Below, piece by piece: positions 1-7,284 of a stretch of DNA of 38,428 nt. The DNA comes from Ruminiclostridium sp. (lineage in GTDB: Bacteria; Bacillota; Clostridia; Oscillospirales; Oscillospiraceae), in the NCBI GenBank assembly GCA_017502545.1, contig JAFVUT010000147.1, positions 1 through 38,428 on the forward strand. Direction: 5' to 3'. Position numbers and translations under genes: made by a program. Under the pieces are notes generated by a model. It searched no databases. It was given only the letters and a program-made list of their open reading frames with translations, and was not told the DNA's origin. Position 1 is the stretch's first letter. Each line of letters begins with the position of its first letter.

Positions 1-167
1 AAAGGTGAGTCCTGAAAGATACAGATTCTTCTGAATCTTTTATATAAATGAAAAGAACTCGTCAATTCTAATGAATCTGCAGAAAGAGAGGTAACCAATG
101 ATGTTAGATAATAAGAATTCTCAGTAACCCTTGATCGTTCCGGCGATCAAGGGTTACTTTATTTTTG
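1..167 (+). ncRNA. Tandem small RNA/micro-ORF unit A (5' end truncated by the window edge)
   Basis: Shares the block AGAAAGAGAGGTAACCA(A/T)TGATGTTAGATAATAAGAA with units B and C. Contains ORF 101-127 MLDNKNSQ* and the hairpin GTAACCCTTGATCG/CGATCAAGGGTTAC plus a T-tract at 124-167. Confidence 0.55.
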
Positions 168-359
168 TGCGTTACACCGTTTCGCCTCTGCAGAGGCGAA
201 ACTCTGCGAGGCTCTGGGAAACGAAAAAGCGGTCCCAAGGACCGCCTACGAAAACAAGATACCACACCCCAACTGTCTTGTCAACGCTTCACCTCTTTAC
301 CGAAACAGATTCTCCCCTTTTCACAAGAATCCTTCGTTCATTTTATACAAAACCCCATC

Positions 360-672
360 TTGAAACCGCCCGCCTCCTGTGCTATATTATAGACAAGGAA
401 AGGGTGAGTCCCATGTACTAAGTACCACCCCTCTCAAAATAATGTGAGAGCTGTTGCACAACGATGAACATTCGCTCAAGCAGATCTTCCAGCATCCAGG
501 TGTTCTCCCTTACGAGAATTGATTGAATTGATAAGTGCTTCGTAGTAGATTCAGACCTGAACGAATTGACATCTATCCTGTAGAAAGAGAGGTAACCATT
601 GATGTTAGATAATAAGAATCACCAGTGACCCTTGGTCGTTTCAGCAGAACGGTCAAGGGTCACTTTATTTTT
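360..672 (+). ncRNA. Tandem small RNA/micro-ORF unit B with promoter and terminator
   Basis: TTGAAA-17-TATATT at 360-388, the conserved block, ORF 602-628 MLDNKNHQ*, and terminator GTGACCCTTG...CAAGGGTCAC-TTTATTTT at 625-672. Confidence 0.55.
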
Positions 673-835
673 GTCCTGCGGACAAAAATAAAGTGACCCT
701 GCGCCAAGACGGCGCAGGCTGATTTGACGCGTGGGCCGGGACGGCCCACATGCGAAAAAAACTTCATGCGCCTCGGTACACCCGTTGGCTTCACAGGTTG
801 TATGCGCACGAAGTATTTTGTTTTTGCAAAAAGGC

Positions 836-971
836 TTGCGGCCTGCTGCAGCCCACGCCTTGTGCCAAGGCGCACGTTTACAGGGCGAGAAGTGTTTTCT
901 GGCACGCACATGTCGCGCCAGAAAACGAATTTCAATTTATTTTGTCGCTACGGCGACAAAACTCTACGAGG
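836..971 (+). repeat. Structured intergenic repeat family 1 (multi-hairpin, MITE/REP-like)
   Basis: Core GTGTTTTC(C/T)GGCACGC.ATGTCGCGCC(G/A)GAAAAC...hairpin...AACTCT(A/G)CGAGG, also present at 1547-1638, 21231-21365 (minus strand) and 34709-34835. Confidence 0.8.
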
Positions 972-1175
972 TTCTTTTATGCGCGCCTGGGTGGCACGCT
1001 GTTTTTCTTTCCACACCCTAGAAAAATGGGGAAAGAAAAATGGCGGTCAAATGACCGCCGAACAAATACAGCATACCAGACAACCCCCTGTCTTGTCAAT
1101 CCCCTTCCCGTGAATTCCTCCAGTTTTCTCCCGGTTGCCCAAGGCCGGACAGGCTATTTTATACAATTTCCCAGC

Positions 1176-1472
1176 TTGCAGGCGGCCGGATCCTGTGCTA
1201 TTATATAACCAGAAAAGGAAGTCAGGTGAAGGCCTGAAAGCTCAGAGTAGACGTAATGAGCTCCTTACGATGACTCGGTTCCATCGAAAAATCTTTCCAC
1301 ATCCAGGTTGTTCTCCCTTATGAGAAATGTATGATTGATATGTGTGCAGAGTAGATTTGGACGGCAGAACGAGCATTGAATCTGTAGAAATGCGAGGTAA
1401 CCATTGATGTTAGATAATAAGAAGAACCAGTAACCCGTGTTCGAGTGGTTAGCGAACACGGGTTACTTTTTT
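1176..1472 (+). ncRNA. Tandem small RNA/micro-ORF unit C with promoter and terminator
   Basis: TTGCAG-17-TATTAT at 1176-1204, the conserved block, ORF 1407-1433 MLDNKKNQ*, and terminator GTAACCCGTGTTCG/CGAACACGGGTTAC-TTTTTT at 1430-1472. Confidence 0.55.
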
Positions 1473-1546
1473 ATACCACTTAAAAAGGCAAAGCCTTTTT
1501 AAGTGTAAAGATTGCGCCCCTCTGCGCGCGCCCTGCGAGCACACTG

Positions 1547-1638
1547 GAGGGGCGAGAAGTGTTTTCCGGCACGCGTATGTCGCGCCGGAAAACGGATCAA
1601 ACTTTATTTCGTCGCCATAGCGACGAAACTCTGCGAGG
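1547..1638 (+). repeat. Structured intergenic repeat family 1 copy
   Basis: GCGAGAAGTGTTTTCCGGCACGCGTATGTCGCGCCGGAAAAC...TTTCGTCGCCATAGCGACGAAACTCTGCGAGG. Confidence 0.8.
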
Positions 1639-1649
1639 CTGTTACACCC

Positions 1650-2252
1650 CTATGGGGTGTTTTTTTGTTTTTCCACGGATATTTCCTTCCACTCCCCCGG
1701 GGCCAGAGCGTCATCCAGGACGATCTCCCCCATGGACACCCGCTTGAGCCGGAGGACCAGACAGCGGACCGCCTTCATCATCCGGCGGATCTGCCGGTTC
1801 CGCCCCTCGGTGATGGTGATGGTGCCGAAGGTCACCGGGCGGTCCATGGGGTTGTGTCGGGTCTTTTCCTGGATCTCCGGGTGGAGGGCGGGCAGGGTCT
1901 CGGCCAGAGTGGATCGGCCCGTGACGGCGATCACCGCCGGAGCCGTGGGTTCGGTCTCGCCGTTGAGCATCACCCCGGCCTCCAGTCGGGCCACTTTTTC
2001 CGGGGTCAGGTCCCCCATCACCACGAACTCGTAGGTCTTGGCCTGGTGGAATTCCGGCCGGGTCATCTGCCGGTTCCACTTGCCGTCGTCGGTGATGATG
2101 AGGAGCCCTTCGGTCTCCCGGTCCAGCCGCCCCACCGGGGAGAGGTTTTCGTTCCCCATGTCCCGGAACCAGTCCATCACCGTGGGGTGACGGTCATCCC
2201 GCCGGGCGGTGACGCAGCCGAAGGGCTTGTGGAACATATAGTAACGGTACAT
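1650..2252 (-). CDS. RsuA-family pseudouridine synthase (catalytic domain, no S4 domain)
   Basis: Motifs HKPFGC, VGRLDRETEGLL, ITEGRNRQIRRM and LKRVSMGEI. Confidence 0.9.
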   Translation of the reverse strand: MYRYYMFHKPFGCVTARRDDRHPTVMDWFRDMGNENLSPVGRLDRETEGLLIITDDGKWNRQMTRPEFHQAKTYEFVVMGDLTPEKVARLEAGVMLNGETEPTAPAVIAVTGRSTLAETLPALHPEIQEKTRHNPMDRPVTFGTITITEGRNRQIRRMMKAVRCLVLRLKRVSMGEIVLDDALAPGEWKEISVEKQKNTP

Positions 2253-2255
2253 CCC

Positions 2256-4004
2256 TTACATCTGCTCCACCACGTCGGCCAGGGCCTGGAAGAAGACCTT
2301 GGCGGTCTCCCAGTCTCCGGCCTCCAGGCAGCGGGCCACCTTGGTCTCCATCTCGGACTTTTTCAGCTCCAGCTCCAGGTACTCCCGGCTGAAGTGCCGC
2401 TTGTAGATCATCTTCCGGAAGGCACGGCCGCTCATGGGACGGATGGTGCCGTTGTCCACGTAGAGGATGGCGTCGGCGCAGTTCACGATGCTGTAGAAGT
2501 CGTGGGACACCATGAGGACAGCACCCTGGTAGTTGGCCACCGCCTCTTCCAGGGCCATCTGGGCGTAGGTGTCCAGGTGGCTGGAGGGCTCGTCCAGCAG
2601 CAGGAGGTCAGCATCACTGATGGACAGCTTAGCCAGCTGCAGCAGGTTCTTTTCGCCGCCGGAGAGCTGGCCGATCTTCTTGCCCAGGGAGTCGGGGTCG
2701 AAGCAGTACCGGGCCAGGAGGGCCTCCACCTGGGCGGGGGTGTCCACCCCGGCCTCGTAGAACTCCTGATAGATGGAGTTGTTCTCGTTGAGCCGTTCCT
2801 CCTGAAGCTGGGAGAAGAAACCCACCTTTGCCTCGGGATGGAACCGGATGGCGGGGTTCTCGTTCTGCCACAGCTGGCGCAGAAGGGTGGTCTTGCCGGT
2901 GCCGTTGGGGCCCACGATGGCCACCTTCTGGTGCTGGCTGACGGTGAAGTTCACGTTTTCCAACAGTTTCTCATCGAACGCCAGGCTGTAGTCGGAGACC
3001 TCCAGCAGGACCTTGGGTTCCTCGTCCTCGCTGGCCTCCACCACAGGCAGGGTGATCTCGGGCTGGCGGATCTCCACGAAGGGAGCCTTGATCTGCCGGG
3101 CCTGGAGCCGCTCCAGATAGCTGACCTTGCCCTTCAGGGTCCGGCCCTTCAGGGGGTCTACGATCTTGGTGGCCTCGTCCCGGAGGCGTTCCACCAGCTC
3201 GGTGACCCGCTGGATCTCCCCCAGGTCCTTGGCGGCGGCCTCCTGGAGGTCGATCTTCTTCTGCAGCAGGGAGAGGTTGTACTCCCGGAAGTTGCCGTCG
3301 AACTCCTGGAGGTCGGCGTTCTCCAGGTGCCAGATCTTGTCGAAGCAATGGGCCAGCAGGTAGCGGCTGTGGGTGATGACCAGCAGGGTGCCCTCGTAGG
3401 CGTTCACCAGGTCCCGCAGGCCGTTCAGGTTCTCAAAGTCCAGGAAGACGTCGGGCTCGTCCATCACCAGCAGACCGGGCCGCAGGAGCATCTGGCGGAT
3501 GACCTGGATGAGCTTGTACTCACCGCCGGAGAGCTTGGACAGCTCCAGGTCGGCCTTGTCGGTGAGCTCGGCCAGGTGGAGCTGGCGGCGGATGTTGGTC
3601 TCGTAGTTGTCGGCGTCCATGGACTCGCTCTCGTCCAGGAGGGTCTGGTACTCCTCCAGAAGGGCATCCAGATCCTCGGTCTCCTCCATCCGGGCGCAGA
3701 CGTCATCGATGGATTCCTGGAGCCGGAGGAAGTCCCCGCTGAGGTACTGGAAGACGGTGACCTCCTGGTCCTTCTCCCGGCTGGCGAACTGGCTCACAAA
3801 ACCGATGCGGCCCACCCCCTCGGTCTCCAGGGTGCCGTCAAAGAGGTAGTTGTCCGGGCGGCGGATGAGATCAGCCAGGGTGGTCTTGCCGGTGCCGTTG
3901 CTGCCGATGAGGGCGCAGTGGCGGCCGGCCTCCAGGGTGAAGGAAATGGTATGGTATAAGTCCTTGTCGGTAAAACCGAAGGACAGGTTTTCAGCTCTGA
4001 TCAT
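2256..4004 (-). CDS. ABC-F family ATP-binding protein
   Basis: Two ABC domains (GSNGTGKT/LSGGE/MDEP and GPNGTGKT/LSGGE/LDEP), a helical linker and no transmembrane segments. Start placed at MIRAENL (4004) after GAGGGA. Confidence 0.9.
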   Translation of the reverse strand: MIRAENLSFGFTDKDLYHTISFTLEAGRHCALIGSNGTGKTTLADLIRRPDNYLFDGTLETEGVGRIGFVSQFASREKDQEVTVFQYLSGDFLRLQESIDDVCARMEETEDLDALLEEYQTLLDESESMDADNYETNIRRQLHLAELTDKADLELSKLSGGEYKLIQVIRQMLLRPGLLVMDEPDVFLDFENLNGLRDLVNAYEGTLLVITHSRYLLAHCFDKIWHLENADLQEFDGNFREYNLSLLQKKIDLQEAAAKDLGEIQRVTELVERLRDEATKIVDPLKGRTLKGKVSYLERLQARQIKAPFVEIRQPEITLPVVEASEDEEPKVLLEVSDYSLAFDEKLLENVNFTVSQHQKVAIVGPNGTGKTTLLRQLWQNENPAIRFHPEAKVGFFSQLQEERLNENNSIYQEFYEAGVDTPAQVEALLARYCFDPDSLGKKIGQLSGGEKNLLQLAKLSISDADLLLLDEPSSHLDTYAQMALEEAVANYQGAVLMVSHDFYSIVNCADAILYVDNGTIRPMSGRAFRKMIYKRHFSREYLELELKKSEMETKVARCLEAGDWETAKVFFQALADVVEQM

Positions 4005-4112
4005 AATAGATCCCTCATTTTCATGTTGTTCATGGGTATCATAGCGGGAAAAGCCCTGTATTGCAAGGGGTTTGGGCGAAAAAACTCCCCCATTCCCTTT
4101 TGTCCTGGGACA

Positions 4113-4121
4113 TGGTATAAT
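4113..4121 (+). promoter_or_regulatory. Extended -10 promoter of the TnpB/Cas12-like gene
   Basis: TGGTATAAT lies 30 nt upstream of the ATG at 4152, with RBS GGAGG at 4144-4148. Confidence 0.6.
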
Positions 4122-4151
4122 AGCGACATCAAGCAGAAAGGAGGGAGGCAA

Positions 4152-5633
4152 ATGTCCCAGGAAACCGGACGTTGTGTCCTGACCCTGCCCCTGCTGACCG
4201 AACCCTGGCAGGAACACATTTTAGAGACCCGCTTCAACATCGTGGAGCATCTGCAGAACTCCCTCATTGCCTACGAACTCCGTCAGCTGAAGAATCTGAA
4301 GCGCACCCGGGCCTACCGGGACCTCATCAAGCAAATTGAAGAAACTCCGGCAGACAAGCGGAAGCCCCTGTACCGCCAGCGACAGAAAATGCTGCGGGAA
4401 GCCGGATTCTCCGAGTTTGCATTTAAAGATGCCATCACTCCCATGCAGAAGCATTTCTCAGAGCACATCGCCACCCATATTGCCCACAGGGCAGCCTCCA
4501 ATGTTTGGCGCTCCTTTGAGAAATACCTGTTCGGCAGCGGACAGGAGGTCCACTTCAAACGCCGCGGCACCCTGGACAGCGTTGCCAACCAGAAGGCCGG
4601 TGTCTCCATGGCCTACCAGGATGGCGTATTTACCTGGAGCGGTGGACGAAGCAAGCAAGCCATCAAACTGTCCCTCAAGGTTGCCCACCCCTCCACCGAC
4701 TATGAACGTGCCATGCTGGAAAAGGAGTGCAAATACTTCCGAGTGGTCCGCAAGTGGATGAAGACCCGGTACAAGTATTACCTCCAGTTCACCCTGGTGG
4801 GCGGTCCTGTCCAGAAAGACCGCCCCGTCTCCCCCGGCCGGGTGGGACTGGACATCGGCACCCAGTCCCTGGCCATCGCCTCGGAGCAGGAGGTCCGCCT
4901 CCTGGAACTGGCCGACCGGGTAAACGACAACCACCGGAAACTCCTGACCCTTCAGCGGAAGATGGACGCCAGCCGACGGGCCACCAACCCGGACAACTAC
5001 AACCCGGACGGCACCATTTGCCGGGGTGTCAAGCTCCGTTGGAACCGTTCCAACCACTATAACCGCCTGGCGGGCCAGGTTCGGGAACTCCAACGAAAGA
5101 ACGCCGACATCCGAAAACACCAGCACACCTGCCTGGCCAACCACATCCTCTCCTTAGGCAGCGAGATCTATGTGGAGCAGATGAACTTCAAGGGACTCCA
5201 GAAACGGGCCAAGGAGACCACGGTCAACGCCCAGGGCCGGTACAACCGGAAGAAGCGGTTCGGTAAATCTCTGGCCAATAAGGCCCCCGCCATGTTCCTG
5301 ACCATCCTGGACGGGAAACTGGATGCCCTGGGTCTGCCCCCCACCTATCGGGTGGACACCTGGTCCTTTAAGGCCAGCCAGTATGACCACCTGAGCCAGC
5401 AATACCGCAAGAAACGCCTGAGCCAGCGGAACCACACCCTGGACAACGGCGACACCCTCCAGCGGGATCTCTATTCCGCCTTCCTCCTGATGAACGCCCA
5501 CGAGAGCCTCAAGCACCCCGACCAGAGCCGCTGCGAGGCCACCTACAACACCTTCAAGACCCTTCACGACCAGGAGGTCCATCGGCTCCGAACCGATGAC
5601 CGCCCCCACCTGTCCAGCTTCGGCATTGCCTGA
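4152..5633 (+). CDS. tnpB: TnpB/Cas12f-like RNA-guided RuvC nuclease, 493 aa
   Basis: RuvC-I GRVGLDIGTQS, a basic helical region (LQRKMDASRR...RKHQH), RuvC-II IYVEQMNFKGL and RuvC-III LQRDLYSAF. The zinc-finger cysteines are absent (KASQYDHLSQ...LSQRNH). Confidence 0.85.
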   Translation: MSQETGRCVLTLPLLTEPWQEHILETRFNIVEHLQNSLIAYELRQLKNLKRTRAYRDLIKQIEETPADKRKPLYRQRQKMLREAGFSEFAFKDAITPMQKHFSEHIATHIAHRAASNVWRSFEKYLFGSGQEVHFKRRGTLDSVANQKAGVSMAYQDGVFTWSGGRSKQAIKLSLKVAHPSTDYERAMLEKECKYFRVVRKWMKTRYKYYLQFTLVGGPVQKDRPVSPGRVGLDIGTQSLAIASEQEVRLLELADRVNDNHRKLLTLQRKMDASRRATNPDNYNPDGTICRGVKLRWNRSNHYNRLAGQVRELQRKNADIRKHQHTCLANHILSLGSEIYVEQMNFKGLQKRAKETTVNAQGRYNRKKRFGKSLANKAPAMFLTILDGKLDALGLPPTYRVDTWSFKASQYDHLSQQYRKKRLSQRNHTLDNGDTLQRDLYSAFLLMNAHESLKHPDQSRCEATYNTFKTLHDQEVHRLRTDDRPHLSSFGIA

Positions 5634-5878
5634 TGCGAACCCCAAGCGGACAGAGTTTTCCCACAGGTTCGCACCTCTAACTCAAACAAAAACCACGGGA
5701 CAGGGCATGTCCCGGCTGCCAAAATGCCTGATGTTTTTCCCATTGGGCTGACAGTAAACGACGCGGGAATTGGTTCCAGTGCCCCTTTGCCAGGCCCCAA
5801 AGCCACCAAAGAGGAGAAGGACCATAGTACCAGAGTCTCCACACAACCGAACAATGCGAATGTTGCGATGCGAAGTGC
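5634..5878 (+). ncRNA. Putative tracrRNA/omegaRNA-like scaffold with a partial anti-repeat
   Basis: Hairpins TGCGAACC/GGTTCGCA and CGGGACA/TGTCCCG. TCCACAC (5838-5844), TGCGAA (5855-5860) and TTGCGA (5863-5868) are complementary, in antiparallel order, to the repeat segments GTGTGGA, TTCGC(A/G) and TCGCAA. Confidence 0.5.
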
Positions 5879-6084
5879 CCTCGCAATTCGTGCGTAAGTA
5901 TGGATCGCCAGATTTTACCAAAAATGAAGGAGGTCTGCAATAGTGGCCTCGCAATTCGCGCGTAAGTGTGGATTGCCAGTTAAACTCTCCCATCGTCATC
6001 ACTCCTTTCCGGCCTCGCAATTCGCACGCAAGTGTGGGTCGCTGGTATAGTATCAAGATAAGGGTATTACATCCATCTGTAAGT
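5879..6084 (+). CRISPR. Mini CRISPR-like array: three 33-bp repeats with spacers of 35, 33 and about 39 nt
   Basis: Repeats at 5879-5911, 5947-5979 and 6013-6045, consensus CCTCGCAATTCGCGCGTAAGTGTGGATCGCCAG (2, 1 and 5 mismatches). Spacers are mutually unrelated. Each repeat folds into a stem of about 11 bp with a GNRA loop. Confidence 0.75.
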
Positions 6085-6116
6085 ACCGTCCGCACCTCTG
6101 CGGACGGTTTCTTTTT
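6085..6116 (+). terminator. Intrinsic terminator closing the array
   Basis: ACCGTCCGCA-cctc-TGCGGACGGT followed by TTCTTTTT. Confidence 0.8.
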
Positions 6117-6166
6117 CCCCGAAACAATGCTATAATATCCTCAAAAGAACCCAAGGAGGAATCCCC

Positions 6167-6862
6167 ATGAAGGAAGAATGTCTCATCTGTCAGGCCCCCC
6201 TGGAGTACCTCACCCAGGACGAGCCCATGACCTGCGCCATCTGCGGCAAGACCGAGCCCAGCAAGGCCCGCTGCGTGAAGGGCCACTACGTCTGCACCGA
6301 CTGCCACACCCAGGGGCTGGACACCATCTTCGGCCTCTGCCTCCGGGAGACCTCCCGGGACCCCATCGCCATCCTCAAGAAGATGATGGACCTCCCCTTC
6401 TGCCATATGCACGGCCCGGAGCACCACACCATGATTGGCGCCGCCCTCCTCACCGCCGCCAAGAACGCCGGGGCTGACCTGGACCTTCCCGCTACCCTGA
6501 ATGAGATGCACGCCCGGGGCAGGCAGGTCCCCGGGGGCGCCTGCGGCTTCTGGGGTGCCTGCGGCGCCGGCGTCAGCACCGGGATGTTCGTGTCCATCCT
6601 CACCGGCTCCACTCCCCTGGCCGGGGAACCCTGGGGCCTGTCCAACCGAATGACCGCCAAGTCCCTGGGCACCCTGGGCCAGATCGGCGGCCCCCGGTGC
6701 TGCAAGCGCAACGGCTACCTGGCCATCCAAACGGCCATCGACTTCGCAGAAGAGCATCTGGGCATCCAGATGGACCGGGTCCCCCCGGAATGCACCCACC
6801 AGAAGCAGAACAACCAGTGCATCAAGGCGCGGTGTCCCTTCTTTGGGGGTGACGGCCAGTGA
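6167..6862 (+). CDS. Cys-rich DUF5714-like protein
   Basis: N-terminal CxxC clusters, HGPEHH, GGACGFWGACGA and GGPRCCKR. Confidence 0.75.
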   Translation: MKEECLICQAPLEYLTQDEPMTCAICGKTEPSKARCVKGHYVCTDCHTQGLDTIFGLCLRETSRDPIAILKKMMDLPFCHMHGPEHHTMIGAALLTAAKNAGADLDLPATLNEMHARGRQVPGGACGFWGACGAGVSTGMFVSILTGSTPLAGEPWGLSNRMTAKSLGTLGQIGGPRCCKRNGYLAIQTAIDFAEEHLGIQMDRVPPECTHQKQNNQCIKARCPFFGGDGQ

Positions 6863-7266
6863 GCAAGCCCAAGGTCGCCTTTGTTTGCGTCCACAACTCC
6901 TGCCGCAGCCAGATGGCCGAGGCCCTGGGCAAAGCCCTGGCAGGGGATGTTTTTGAAAGCTACTCCGCCGGCACCGAGACCAAGCCCCAGATCAACCAGG
7001 ACGCCGTCCGCCTCATGAAGGACCGCCACGGCATCGACATGGAGGCCACCCAGCGGTCCAAGCTCCTGGCGGACATCCCGCCCGTGGACGTGGTGGTCAC
7101 CATGGGCTGCAACGCTCAGTGCCCCCATCTCCCCTGCCGCCACCGGGAGGACTGGGGCCTGGATGATCCCACCGGATGCCCCGACGAGACCTTCCTGGAC
7201 GTGATGGAGGCCATCCAGGAAAAGGTCCTGGACCTGAAACACCGCATCGAAACCAACCAAATCTAA
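6859..7266 (+). CDS. arsC: Arsenate reductase, LMW-PTPase family
   Basis: P-loop CVHNSCRSQMAE, SAGT, TMGC..QCP and DWGLDDP. Confidence 0.85.
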   Translation: MSKPKVAFVCVHNSCRSQMAEALGKALAGDVFESYSAGTETKPQINQDAVRLMKDRHGIDMEATQRSKLLADIPPVDVVVTMGCNAQCPHLPCRHREDWGLDDPTGCPDETFLDVMEAIQEKVLDLKHRIETNQI

Positions 7267-7284
7267 CATAAAGGAGACTGCACC

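Noticed and set aside
78-1424. Calling the three 40-nt blocks at 1-1472 a CRISPR array
   Set aside because: Spacing is about 500 and 800 bp, and each block has its own terminator.
131-1459. Several 60-150 aa ORFs in the first 1.5 kb
   Set aside because: They run through terminators and palindromic repeats and have no recognisable domains or host-like codon pattern.
1512-3959. 815-aa + strand ORF and similar long ORFs (11117-13099, 14495-16006, 16484-18526, 19718-21169, 21275-23578, 27848-29473, 29482-30912, 35977-37257)
   Set aside because: These are antisense shadows of recognisable genes in high-GC3 DNA, with no motifs of their own.
5682-6095. 137-aa minus-strand ORF with repeated LTRELRGH-like words
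   Set aside because: The peptide repeats are just translations of the array repeats; the evidence favours + strand RNA structure.
4005-6166. Intact IS200/IS605 or IS607 element around tnpB
   Set aside because: No tnpA or serine recombinase, no left-end hairpin that I could identify, and only about 150 nt of promoter DNA upstream.
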